From the NCBI GenBank assembly GCA_032718475.1, contig JAUCBJ010003222.1, positions 1 to 58,824 on the forward strand: 58,824 nt of DNA, written 5' to 3'. A program made the position numbers and the translations under genes. Source of the DNA: Nemertoderma westbladi (Eukaryota > Animalia > Xenacoelomorpha). The notes beneath the pieces were generated by a model. That model was not told the origin of the DNA. It saw nothing but the letters and a program-made list of their open reading frames with translations, and made no database searches. Positions 33,601-45,483 of this stretch are shown piece by piece; positions within the stretch are counted from its first letter, which is position 1, and each line of letters opens with the position of its first letter.

Positions 33601-35084
33601 AACATTACTACTTCATAAATTTGCAAAAGGTTTTGAAAGACAGAAGGGTGCAATTTTTGGATTTGGAGAAAATAAAGAAGCGGATACAGGCACAGTTCTA
33701 AAAATTGCAAGTGCTACAGAAGAAGAAGTAACTAAGCTCGATCAGACGATAATCCATAATGTTGGTGAGGAAAGAAGTGTTGGATTTGTCAACTATGAGA
33801 TTGGTATCAGGGGGAAACGCTGTCTGGAAGCTGCATCACGTAAGATGATATTAAATAAGGCCAGTGATCTGATAGCACAATGTAATCCTGCAGATTTAAG
33901 CAAATTTAGAAAGCAGTCACAAGAAATAAAGGAACATAAGCTCAATTGGAATGCACGTATGAGAGAACTTCAAAATATTGGATACACTGAAAAACAGGCT
34001 TTAAATACAAAGTTAGAGGAAACCAAATTAAATCTTCTGTCTTTTCTTAAGCACCAACAACCCATGGGACCATTTACTAACTCACAAGAGGTTAAAAACT
34101 TCATCAGTTGCTCGATTGATAATAAAGATGCAAATGATCGTCTATACAGGGAAGTTAAATATGCCAGGATTACTTCTTTATCCCTCCCAGAAAGTTCTTC
34201 CGTTTTTAGATTAAGGAAAGATGGCAAAAATCTGGGTACAAATCACTATGCAGACAATCTAATTCAGTATCTGGATCAGTCAAATAGTGCATCTACAATT
34301 AGTATGGCAGATCTGCATAATGTTTTAACAGGCTTGACAAACATGTCAAGTAAACCGTCATCAATAGGGCATATTGTAGAGAAAACTGTTGAAACATCTG
34401 GCATGAAGGTTGATATAGGAGACCATGTAATTGCATATTGGAGGGATGACAATGACCTGCAATTAAAATGGTACCTAGGTGTTGTTGAATGTCAACTTGG
34501 AGATGGGAAATTCCTAATTTCATATCTCAAGAAATCAGATAAAGATGGGTGCAGTTGGGTGTATCCAGAAGCAGCTGAGGTACTAGAAACATTGGAAGAA
34601 CAGATAATGATGACACAAATTGATGTGACCTACCACTGCACAACAAGAATAAGATGTAATGTCAGTGGTGTCTTGGTAAAAAAGCTCAATGAGCTTTTAG
34701 CAGAAATGTAACTCGAGAGTCAGGACTAATTACAACATAGATACATTTTATTATATCTACAAAGTACAAAACTTTAAAAATGTATTGCATTTTATACCTT
34801 ATACATGTTCATGTTCATCTTGTTTAGGAATGCCAACACAGCTTCTAAATTAGCGCACAAACATCATTTTATTAAATAGTGCTACCCGCTAAGATTATAG
34901 TGGACCATGATGACTGCCGTAAATAATGAGGTAATCACCGAAACTTTGATTGATAGGTAGGTATCCTAAAAAATGGATCCTACCAAATATTTGCACGTTT
35001 TTCATCACCAGTAGACTAATTAACATGTTTTGGACAGGTAGCCAACCCCTTAAAACCCTTTTCAAAAAATAACATCCCCCCCTA
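30644..35084 (+). mobile_element. Intact hAT-related DNA transposon with 7-bp TSD (hATw-like)
   Basis: 15-bp TIR TAGGGGG(A/G)GATGTTA; TSD ATGATAG (30637-43, 35085-91) confirmed by empty sites in array units 1 and 3; ~70-bp subterminal direct repeats at ~30742 and ~30935. Confidence 0.88.
31412..34711 (+). CDS. DDE transposase, 1099 aa
   Basis: Uninterrupted ORF between the TIRs; candidate catalytic SDGS, MTDS, CxxH (CNIH) and HNVGEERS; C-terminal beta-barrel-like domain. Confidence 0.88.
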   Translation: MESEEQEDFNFLTTRASQYSRKAATEVEVSTSAASSSSRPVRKLQVIKCQNHYQKKDLGKDCSECIYFPTLESFPNGKLPTIAQVIGLTLVAKHDEQNQALKVDVILDVVSNMMLQWIYCNIYTVTRKSVRNKLESLLKEYYYLKDYPATKKKYTYWQRFQDFQAKCKGLFDIKCDSSKEKSQGLIWGVMMTDDDRKFYENQCLMPQVGYCSSFVNRKWAVSSERHNRESLSKLKAKEKSEIEKEKLNPIAWSDIEGGILSESNDEGSLDEGECFELATPKKRKYQFDDVLESENDQIMSFNYRHIRNGPRSVRPEVYTLMHKLSSEFHMSKAQIEGSIINVANTLFGRNWKAYSNDDATTVDTLPNLSNLRRTEPYIEAMALSTIVEDIMEDSNMTSITYSSDGSSMSGVGKYVVQSLTINGVQRALPTLGIFTESRESLKDLEIITLKILSAAVGHKYSEKDILKKISFVMTDSTAHNLNVIESVCEELDVDTVPGTLLCNIHPLMMFQSNIKQLCQEIHDSLGPRKINECFLVDLDMHHESFIIKAIKCLSHFINRDFSAKPWNRQGHFDEFIKPKVNMSLCLKDHRFNRINDCCLSLLYHLDDIANYLDTFKNIMNNISILDRSFVEMEILKPILCTISLVGIHITRPFEHLLMDTSTTYSMLLKSFPKLFADLTEIPAIRFSSTSEQVCTFVSSEIFKKSLPNQCLLDNLNQIAKCYSREIEDLLTLLLHKFAKGFERQKGAIFGFGENKEADTGTVLKIASATEEEVTKLDQTIIHNVGEERSVGFVNYEIGIRGKRCLEAASRKMILNKASDLIAQCNPADLSKFRKQSQEIKEHKLNWNARMRELQNIGYTEKQALNTKLEETKLNLLSFLKHQQPMGPFTNSQEVKNFISCSIDNKDANDRLYREVKYARITSLSLPESSSVFRLRKDGKNLGTNHYADNLIQYLDQSNSASTISMADLHNVLTGLTNMSSKPSSIGHIVEKTVETSGMKVDIGDHVIAYWRDDNDLQLKWYLGVVECQLGDGKFLISYLKKSDKDGCSWVYPEAAEVLETLEEQIMMTQIDVTYHCTTRIRCNVSGVLVKKLNELLAEM

Positions 35085-37148
35085 ATGATAGGGGGATCCA
35101 CCCACTCCACTGGCGTCTGATTTTAATTTCAATAGGTAAGACATAACTTCTTGGTTTGTTGGTAGACGACCATTTGGAAGACTCACTGTCGTGAAATATC
35201 CTACTGTTCTCTCATTCAGTATTCTCAGGAGACCAGGCAATGTTAGACACATGTTCCTTACACATTATGAAATTAGACATTCTCTTCTTTGGTGTCTTTC
35301 GACGATCTTCAAAAGCTTCATTGCCGATAATTATTAAGTCCTGCTTCTGGAATACAGATGATCTTGTAATTAAAGTATTCATCTCCTGCTGTGTAATGTA
35401 GGCCTATACCCCGTACTGACATATTATTCGGCCTCAAATACAGTAAACATTTCATATACAGATTGATACACTTGTTTTCTTATTTGGCTTAATATTCTTC
35501 TGTATTCTTCTGCTATTTTGCCATTATTATTAGTATTACCGTACTTTTCGATTATTTGCATTACTGTGATTATAAGATTATGGTCAAGCAAATTCGTTGC
35601 AGCCATTGTGGGGGGAAGGTTGGTCCGGCCAACCATCGGAGGCCAACCTGTCCCCTCAGGAACATTCCAGAGGATGCTCCTCTACAGCCTCCTCCTGCTC
35701 CACCAACCCCTACTGCTCCTCTAGTAGTGCCGGTACTGGTGCAATCTCGGTCGTTTGCCGAGGTTGTGTGACTTCCGGTACCGGTACGACCAACCATTCT
35801 CCGTGCTGCTGCCTCTCTAATAACCACCCAACCTCTCGTAACCAACTGCTCCACTCCACCCACCGCTCCTCTGCAGCCCTCTTCTGCTGCTCTTCTAATC
35901 CCTCTAGGAATTCGACTCGTCTCTTCTCCGCCGATTTCCCAATCTGCCCTCCACCACCGTCTCATAGCCCTCCCGCCAACGCTTCACTCCTCCTACCTTT
36001 GGACCCCTCCGCAACATTGCTCCTCAACCAGTACGTCCATAGTTTGTTATCCCTATACCTGCCCCTCGTCGCCGTTTTATGTCCCCTCCCCAACTGGCTC
36101 CTCTTCAATGTTTTGTCTCCCCTCCCCAACCCGCCCCCCGTTTCATCTCCTCCCCCCAACCTGCCCTCCGTTTCATCCCATCTCCCCAACCTGCCCACCG
36201 TTTTATCTCCTATCCCCAACCTGCCCCCCCCCCCCCCCCGTTTCATATCCTCTCCCCAACCTGCCCCCCTTTTAATCTCCTCTCCCCCACCATCCCCACA
36301 ACGTTGATTTATCTCCCCGCAATCCTCCCCCACCCCTATGTCACCTGATTTTACCCCCCCAGTTTCCCCGATGATGACCACCCCACCGCCGTCATCATTC
36401 ATTACTGTCTCTCGCCGACGTCCCCTTCCTCAACTTTCTCCCCCCGCTTCTCCTTTCTCCCCAACCGCAGTTACTGTTTCTCCCGGTTCCCGCTTCTCTC
36501 CAATTGCTCCTCATCCATCTACTTCTCCACCTACTTCCCGCTCCTCAAAGACCCGCTCCCCAAAGACCCCCACCACCACCACCACCCGCCCTAAGAAGAC
36601 CCCTCGCCCTACTACACCAACCGCTACCACCACCACCCGCCCTAAGAAGACCCTTCTCCCTACTACACCAACCGCTACCACCACCACCCGCCCTAAGAAG
36701 ACCCCTTGCCCTACTACACCAACCGCTACCACCACCACCCGCCCTAAGAAGACCCTCGCCCTACTACACCAACCGCTACCACCACCACCCGCCCTAGGAA
36801 GACCACTCGCCCTACTACACCCACCACTACCTCACCTACCATCTACGACTCTGCAACTCCTTCACCGACCTTCCAACTCTCTCAGCTGTCATTCTCCTCC
36901 TCTCCTTCTACCTCGTGCTGCTCCGCCGGGGAGCCTCTCTATCTCCGTCGGCAGTGGCGCGCGAAGCGTCTTCATTCGGCCATGGGCGACGCCCATACAA
37001 GTGGTTAGTTTATTACTTTTATTTATAGTTTATCAATATTCTAGTAAATGAAGTAGCTTAATTATTTGTGGTAGGAGAATTATTGAGGTGTTTGTTATTT
37101 GATAAATAATAATTTTTATTATTTATTTTATTTTTATTTATTTATTAT

Positions 37149-37337
37149 GTCCTGATGGCTACAGCTGCTATTGAAAAGCGTAGATAATTTGTTTTGCCGC
37201 GATCCGGTGTTCCGAATATTGAAACTTTTTGGCTGTAGCTAGGTGCACAAAGGGTCCAGATATTCTCCTGGGATATCCACCCTCAGGCTGTCAACCATAG
37301 GGAGCCTTCGGGCCGCCTTTGGGCTAATTTGTGCACT
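37149..37337 (+). ncRNA. HDV-like ribozyme fold, copy 2
   Basis: Identical to 29740..29928. Confidence 0.72.
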
Positions 37338-37710
37338 GACCACTGCGGACGATCATAAGTTTGGGCAAAATCCTGACTTATATACGAAATTCTGCTTAAA
37401 GAAAACAAGCGTAATCACAAAGTCCGAAGTCACGGGACTGACTCCCTTAGTCAGGAACTTTCTTCTCAAAGTTTTGAGATAACAAACGCAAACCAATCAT
37501 AGCCGCTGTGAAGCGGTGTATCCTACGGACCGGAAACGTTAACCAGGAGCTATTTACTCTGCCCGACGTGGGTAAACCACAAGCGAAAACTCGTATACAG
37601 CCCAGCCTCTGCTGGGCCCCCCACGAACAAAAAGGGAACACCAAGAACCTTTCGGAAAGACCACATCATATAGAGACAAAGAGAGACTGATCTGAAACGT
37701 TATTATTATT
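37149..37710 (+). mobile_element. Short RTE derivative, copy 2
   Basis: Near-identical to 29740..30300 (duplicated with the array). Confidence 0.6.
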
Positions 37711-40331
37711 ATTTATTTTATTATTATTTATTATTAATTTTTGTTATTTGATAAATATGTGTTATTATTTTATTGAACGTCATGTTTATATATATTTATT
37801 TTTGTATAATTAATAATTGTTCTATCATTATATCTGAAATATATTACATTAATATAATGTATATATAATTAATTGCTTTAATAATAAAAGATTCATTTTT
37901 AAACTCTACATCAACTAGAAAACTATCTGCAATTTTCTTCTTACCAATGCAGTCATATATTTGTTGAAACAATGTTTTGAACTTAGTTTGAAACATCATG
38001 AGAGGATGCATGTTATAAATGTAAAGATAGATCAACATCACATTGATGATAGGGGGATCCACCCACTCCACTGGCGTCTGATTTTAATTTCAATAGGTAA
38101 GACATAACTTCTTGGTTTGTTGGTAGACGACCATTTGGAAGACTCACTGTCGTGAAATATCCTACTGTTCTCTCATTCAGTATTCTCAGGAGACCAGGCA
38201 ATGTTAGACACATGTTCCTTACACATTATGAAATTAGACATTCTCTTCTTTGGTGTCTTTCGACGATCTTCAAAAGCTTCATTGCCGATAATTATTAAGT
38301 CCTGCTTCTGGAATACAGATGATCTTGTAATTAAAGTATTCATCTCCTGCTGTGTAATGTAGGCCTATACCCCGTACTGACATATTATTCGGCCTCAAAT
38401 ACAGTAAACATTTCATATACAGATTGATACACTTGTTTTCTTATTTGGCTTAATATTCTTCTGTATTCTTCTGCTATTTTGCCATTATTATTAGTATTAC
38501 CGTACTTTTCGATTATTTGCATTACTGTGATTATAAGATTATGGTCAAGCAAATTCGTTGCAGCCATTGTGGGGGGAAGGTTGGTCCGGCCAACCATCGG
38601 AGGCCAACCTGTCCCCTCAGGAACATTCCAGAGGATGCTCCTCTACAGCCTCCTCCTGCTCCACCAATCCCTACTGCTCCTCTAGTAGTGCCGGTACTGG
38701 TGCAATCTCGGTCGTTTGCCGAGGTTGTGTGACTTCCGGTACCGGTACGACCAACCATTCTCCGTGCTGCTGCCTCTCTAATAACCACCCAACCACTCGT
38801 AACCAACTGCTCCACTCCACCCACCGCTCCTCTGCAGCCCTCTTCTGCTGCTCTTCTAATCCCTCTAGGAATTCGACTCGTCTCTTCTCCGCCGATTTCC
38901 CAATCTGCCCTCCACCACCGTCTCATAGCCCTCCCGCCAACGCTTCACTCCTCCTACCTTTGGACCCCTCCGCAACATTGCTCCTCAACCAGTACGTCCA
39001 TAGTTTGTTATCCCTATACCTGCCCCTCGTCGCCGTTTTATGTCCCCTCCCCAACTGGCTCCTCTTCAATGTTTTGTCTCCCCTCCCCAACCCGCCCCCC
39101 GTTTCATCTCCTCCCCCCAACCTGCCCTCCATTTCATCCCATCTCCCCAACCTGCCCACCGTTTTATCTCCTATCCCCAACCTGCCCCCCCCCCCCCCCC
39201 CCGTTTCATATCCTCTCCCCAACCTGCCCCCCTTTTAATCTCCTCTCCCCCACCATCCCCACAACGTTGATTTATCTCCCCGCAATCCTCCCCCACCCCT
39301 ATGTCACCTGATTTTACCCCCCCAGTTTCCCCGATGATGACCACCCCACCGCCGTCATCATTCATTACTGTCTCTCGCCGACGTCCCCTAACTCAACTTT
39401 CTCCCCCCGCTTATCCTTTCTCCCCAACCGCAGTTAATGTTTCTCCCGGTTCCCGCTTCTCTCCAATTGCTCTTCGTCCATCTACTTCTCCACCTCCGTG
39501 CACATTCTCCATGCTGCTGCCCCTCTAATAACCACCCAACCTCTCGTAACCAACTGCTCCACTCCACCCACCGCTCCTCTGCAGCCCTCTTCTGCTGCTC
39601 TTCTAATCCCTCTAGGAATTCGACTCGTCTCTTCTCCGCCGATTTCCCAATCTGCCCTCCACCACCGTCTCATAGCCCCCCCCCCCCCCCCCGCCAACGC
39701 TTCACTCCTCCTACCGTTAGACCCCTCCGCAACATTGCTCCTCAACCAGTATGTCCACAGTTTGTTATCCCTATACCTGCCCCTCGTCGCCGTTTTATAT
39801 CCCTTCCCTAACTGGCTCCTCGTCAACGTTTTGTCTCCCCTCCCCAACCTGCCCCCTGTTCCATCTCCTCACCCCAACCTGCCCCCCATTTCATCCCATC
39901 TCCCCAACCTGCCCACCGTTTTATCTCTTATCCCCAACCTGCCCCCCGTTTCATATCCTCTCCCCAACCTGCCCCCCTTTTAATCTCCTCTCCCCAACCA
40001 TCCCCACGACGTCGATTTATCTCCCCGCAATCCTCCCCCACCCCTATGTCACCTGATTGTACCCCCCCCAGTTTCCCCGATGATGACCATCCCACCGCCG
40101 TCACCATTCATTACTGTCTCTTGCCGACGTCCCCTTCCTCAACTTTCTCCCCCGGCTTCTCCTTTCTCCCCAACCGCAGTTAATGTTTCTCCTGGTTCCC
40201 GCTTCTCTCCAATTGCTCCTCGTCCATCTACTTCTCCACCTTACCGTGTTAATTTACCGTGTTAATTCTCAATTTTGTTGCCGTTATCCCGACACCAGGG
40301 GGGAAAAACGCCGATGCTGGAGGCGAGCTCT

Positions 40332-40526
40332 TCCGCTACCAGCATCCCAGCTATACTGCAATTTGTACAGGACGAATGGGACGCAGATAAGCTGCGCACG
40401 TTTACCTTGCGGCAGCAGCTGCAGACAGCTCGCCAGGAGTTGAGCGACAGTAAGAACAAACACGACGCAGCCTGTTGTGTGAACGCTCGTCACTCGGAGG
40501 AAGCGGCGGCCGCTAGTCGTTTATTG
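40332..40526 (+). pseudogene. PRPF19: Fragment of pre-mRNA processing factor 19 (coiled-coil Prp19 domain)
   Basis: [53 protein letters not shown] closely matches conserved Prp19 [53 protein letters not shown]; no U-box or WD40 flanks. Confidence 0.88.
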
Positions 40527-42045
40527 GGGCCGAATCCATTACAAGAAGGAAATTCGCGTCGGAATCAATTCCGGTAATTGCTACATCATATAAAGCACTG
40601 CACATTGCCATTTATTGTTACTGATATAATTAAATAATTAGTTAATTAATAATAATTAAATAATAGCAAAATTAAATAAAGTCATTTTTTTTCATTCTCA
40701 CTAGTTATAAGTTTTTTTACTACGATTACGTTATCCAACTGGGACTTCAATAACAATAGTCTGAAAATGTTTTTTATAGTGGCCTACCGGGAATGTAATG
40801 TATATTAAGTTCGAAACGCAAAAATAATCTAACAAAATTTGCGATCCTCCACCGATTATGTATTCCATGTGACGCCGCCATTCCAGCCACTTGTGTTCGA
40901 AAACAATTTAGGGTTTATTTTAGTGCCGATATGATAGGCTAGTTATTATACAGTTAATGGTCTGGGGGGAGGGAATTCATTAATAGAACATTACCTTATC
41001 TGATCACTCTAGGTTATGCAGTCTGTTATAGTAAGCATATTTAAGGCTCTTATAGGCACCATACAATATGGTACCGCACAATCAATCTACTTAGAACTAA
41101 TTACAACCCTCTAATCTCCATCTGAGAAAAAATAGCACTGCATTATCCTTTGTAATGGTGAATTATTCACGTAGGCACCTGATTTTAATTTTGCAACGGC
41201 AGTAAATTCGCTGTTAGGGTTATAAATCCTTAGCTAAATAAAAATATTTCACAAAATATTTCGCATGCTGGTAGCAAGATTTATATTTTATATTTGTGTT
41301 TATTCCGAACTTATGCAATTTATATTGTTCCGAATATTATGCAATTTATATCTTATAAGCAGTATTTGTATTTACAGTGAAATAGAAAGTAAGAGTAGAC
41401 GGAAGACTCGTGGGCCTTTCTTATAGTTTCATTTGTAAAGCGTTATATTTTGTATTTAGAAAGTTTTATAGTTAGAAAGTTTTGTACTTAGAAAGACTCA
41501 TATTTGTAATTATTCCGAACCTTATGCAATTTATATTTAGGCACGAAAGTATTTGTAATTATTTGAATTTATGCAATATTTGAGATGCAATAGTAGATGG
41601 AAAACTCGCGAGCCTTTCTTATGATTTCATTTATTTGTATTTGTAATTATTTGAATTTATGCAATATCGAGATGCAATAGATTTATATTGGTGAATTTAA
41701 TTTAGATTTATATTGTACCTACTTAATAAAGCCTTAAATATGTAAAGTTTGAATTTGTAATTATTTTGTATCGAATTATTATGTAGAAAGGAAGTATTAT
41801 TGTTTGAAATTTAATTTGTAAATATGTAGGTACGCCCTAAGTATTCTATAATTTGATTGATTATTGGTGAAAACCGTATATTTTATGTACGATAATATCC
41901 TGTTTTCATGGAGCGGTATAGAATTATATCCTCACAAAAGCCGTGGATTTTCGAAATTTTATTTTGTTGGAATAAACTTGTTAAAAGAATTACATTAAGT
42001 TCTCATTTGTATTTACCATGTCTATTTGTACAATGTTATTCAAGT

Positions 42046-42117
42046 GGTTCAGTAGCTCAGTCGGTTAAGCGTTGGAAATTTGTCTAGTAGGTATAGAGTT
42101 GAAATCCTAGCAGGTGC
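42046..42117 (+). pseudogene. Degenerate tRNA-like sequence / SINE head
   Basis: A-box TAGCTCAGTCGGTTAAGCG and B-box-like GAGTTGAAATCC at tRNA spacing; stems poorly paired. Confidence 0.5.
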
Positions 42118-42189
42118 GGGAGAATTGTTTTTTGTGCTGAATTTCAACTAATTTAAATTGACCGCTACAGTTTAATTGCATGCACTTAG

Positions 42190-42560
42190 GTAGATTAACC
42201 AATGTAATTGCAGTTATTTGATAGTAACCAATGTCGTGTAAGATATGTGTTTGCTGGACCAATAGTTATCTTTAAAATCCAATATAATTCATGGAATGTT
42301 CTCGATTGTTTGCAGTACAAATTTGCTATAAAAGGTGCGATTTCGTTCATTAATTACTAGATACCACTAGATACCCCTATCTAACTACCTTAACAACACT
42401 CTAGATTAGCAGTATTCAGTATTATTGTATTGTATAGATTTATTTCAGATTACATTTTGTATTAGTATTATCTGCAATAAAATCAGAATTATCGCTATCT
42501 GTCCTTTTACTATGTTTCACCACGGTGAACGCCCCTAAAGAACAGGATGGCCGGCTAGAC
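42190..42560 (+). mobile_element. Possible LTR-like remnant
   Basis: Clustered CCAAT boxes, TATAAAA (~42327), AATAAA (~42476), ...GAACA then TGG a few bases later; no partner LTR. Confidence 0.3.
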
Positions 42561-44349
42561 ATCGGGCTGCAGCAGTGAACGGGAACATCGGGGAATGTGA
42601 ACAGGAGACCGCCCACAATATCTATTCGAGTTATTCGCCCATCGCCTGAAGGTTAGACAGTGTTCGATGCTTCGCTACCTAAGTGTAAGACCTAAGATCA
42701 ACGGTAGGAGTAGCGACACACTGTACGCCAAAAATTTAAATTAAGAGCTGTATTGTCCCAATTCTTGGAAAACCGGCAGAACCCCTTCATATTCCTACGG
42801 GAAGGAGAAAAGGAAAGTTAGACAGAGATACCCGTACGCAGATAGGACACAGGCACACCATTACCCGGCATGTACATTGGTAGGGTGCAGCAAAACTGTA
42901 CGCCTAACTCATTGTCAGGTATAGGTGCGTTGGTGGCTTGTCGGCAGTACACGGTGTTTATTGCTTGCGTTGGAACTTGTAGGCCAGGAGAGGGTTGCTG
43001 TGTTTTCTCTGAATTGAGATTATACCGTTCAGGCGGTAGGGCAGTTTATTGCTAGGCGAAAATAAATTAAGGCTATTAGGGATACTAACACCTACCGTGT
43101 CCCCGCCAACGTCCTGATAGGAAGTTACCCAGCCTACCTAGGTGACTAAAATTCCAGATAAGAGCCAGGATAGCTATTTGTAACTGTATGCCTACAGTAG
43201 TAAACTAACACATTTCTTCTTAGTATTAGGGACCTGGTAGATAAAATTGCCGAATTCTGGGCGTAGCATTAACCCTATACCTGAATTTGAGTCCTGGAAA
43301 TACACAAAAGGGGGAAGGAGCCTTGTCATTTGTAAGTATTGGACCTACAAGTTACCAAAATATTAGAATATTTGTAAAATAAACGCCGGACCCAGTAAAT
43401 GAGAGTATATGAAGGATAAAATCAATTTTGACCTATGAAATAAAACACACGCGCGTTTAGGAATTATTTACACCTCAAAATATATAAAATAATTTGTTCG
43501 CACTGCTGATTTTCCCGCTGGTTATATTTGTAGCTAGCGCTTTTTCATCATATAAATCACACCGCGGCAAAGTATACGAGCGCCTTTAGTCCGTCAGTGA
43601 GTCAGCCCGATTTTAGGATTCGCTGCGCGGGATTTTGTTTTATCGAAGTTTGTCCGTTCGTAGACTGTTTTCTGCCTCACCGGTTATAAGAGACCGATAC
43701 TGAAATAGGTTCGCTTACTTGGAGTTTACTGTTTTGGTGAGAAGGTCGGATTTATGCTTTGATTCACAGACTCTATAGTATGATATTGCAGGATTCGTGT
43801 ATTTGTTACTGTCTCTTCATTTAAGTACTCAGGCTAACCTGAATACTGCTTAACTTTGCCTCCCACCCCTGGCCCTTATAAACATGAAATTATTCCCGTA
43901 CCCTGTAAGTCGCCCCAATATTTGCCCATAAATCGCCCCCAGTCCATAGAATGTGCCCAAAACCCATGGTCCCGCACCCAGTAGTGATATCGGAATAATC
44001 ATTTTAAATAAATACAAAAAATATTCAACTCGCGTTATGAAAAGTTGAAATACCGCGAACAGATTCATCAGTCACAATAAGTACAATAAATTATATTTTT
44101 TACTATTTCCAGTGGCAGCATACCAGGCAGTAATAGTAACTATTCTAAGACTAAAAGTGATGCATTGTTTATTTGGAAAATCAACCATGAAAACATCATA
44201 ACAGAAACGGGTACAAATAATATTGTAAACCACTTGAAGAGACCATTTAGAAAATAGAAGTGACATCCAAACAAACAGTACCAGCATTGATAGGTTTAAT
44301 GATGAAAGAATGTGAAGATTCAGCAACTGATTTTATTTGATGAACTCTT

Positions 44350-44705
44350 AACCTTATACCAATGTCGCAAATAACTTGTGTATTCTTAATAATTCTGAAA
44401 TCTTAAATGAAGTTCATAGTGGAAACAAACTTACCGGTAATTCGGATTCAAACTATTTGAAGGATATTTGCGATGGTGTGGTTCTCAAAAATCATACTAT
44501 TGTACAAAATGCCATTCAACTGCCTTGCAGTTTCTATTATATTATGATGATGCAGAATTCCTGAATCCTCTCAGTTCATACATAAAAACGCATAAAATCG
44601 GTGACTTTCTGGACATTGGTGAATATTTCTCCACTTTATCATGCTAGAATACAATACATTTTCATTTCAGCATTATGCTATGTAAGTGATATTCGCGAGT
44701 ATATG
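44350..44705 (+). pseudogene. EnSpm/CMC transposase fragment
   Basis: YLKDICDGVVLKNH, then after a frameshift ALQFLLYYDDAEFLNPLSS...HKIG, matching the animal EnSpm-like DxxDG...YxDD.E..NPLGS..HK pattern. Confidence 0.75.
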
Positions 44706-45001
44706 AATAGTACAAATATGAAAGTAAATGTTTTAGCTGAATGAACAATACTTAGTTTAAAGAGAATGTTAGACAATGTTACTTTTTTGCAGCGTATAGA
44801 TATTATATTTTATATTATATTTTGGTGCTAGTACATTAAAACTATAATTATTTCGGTTACATATCATTATGATTAGCTCTATACAGTAGATAGGAATATA
44901 GGTGTATTTGGCTCTATAACATTTGTAATAATAGCCTCGCAACCGGTACCAGTTATTCAGTCAGTGCGTGCAGTTTTTCGTTAAATACGTAGTACTCTAA
45001 C

Positions 45002-45036
45002 TAGCCTGAAGAAGCACTGTGGGTGAAAGCTAGCTA
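45002..45036 (+). ncRNA. Minimal type I hammerhead ribozyme (Penelope pLTR-type), probably decayed
   Basis: UAGC-CUGAAGA-agcacugugggu-GAAA-GC-UA-GCUA: stem I UAGC/GCUA, palindromic AGCU stem III; lies in a ~300-bp insert (~44810-45130) splitting the helicase relic. Confidence 0.6.
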
Positions 45037-45483
45037 AAACTGTTGTTTTATTTTGTCACTTGAGGTCTCCCAGTCCTACATATTACAGAATCATGATCAC
45101 ACCAGTGACAACAGCGCGACAGTATTTACACACTATATGGAGTAATGGATACCGTTTTAAGACATTATAAAAAAGTTCATCACCATTAGGAGAATCACTA
45201 TTGATAGCTGCAGGTGACCACTGGCACACCCCCCAGTTTCAGGCCGTATGATCTGGCAGAGTATGAATACGTTAACTACCTATAAAATTTTGCATTTAAG
45301 CATCCTCCCTTCTTTGTGATGTATGCCGTCTATCTTTGCCAAACTTCTTTCTTAACACTAAGAATCCGGCAACGCATCTCCTTATTATCCATTTCCAGCT
45401 TGAAGCCAGGAGACATTATCTCCATCAAAGATACAAGTACAAATATGAAAGTAAATGTTTTAGCTGAATAAACAATAGTTAGT

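Larger units (their letters stand above)
27360..40240. repeat. Tandem segmental array of a ~2.96-kb chimeric unit (~2.6 copies plus a local re-duplication)
   Basis: Units start ~27360, ~30325 and ~37735 (unit 2 carries a 4448-bp insertion); near-identical ORFs at 28011/35424/38385; diverged partial copy at 26987-27253; re-duplicated segment ~39500-40240. Confidence 0.93.

Noticed and set aside
28157-39847. Many overlapping Gly/Val-rich minus-strand and alternative-frame ORFs
   Set aside because: Shadow frames of C-rich low-complexity repeats.
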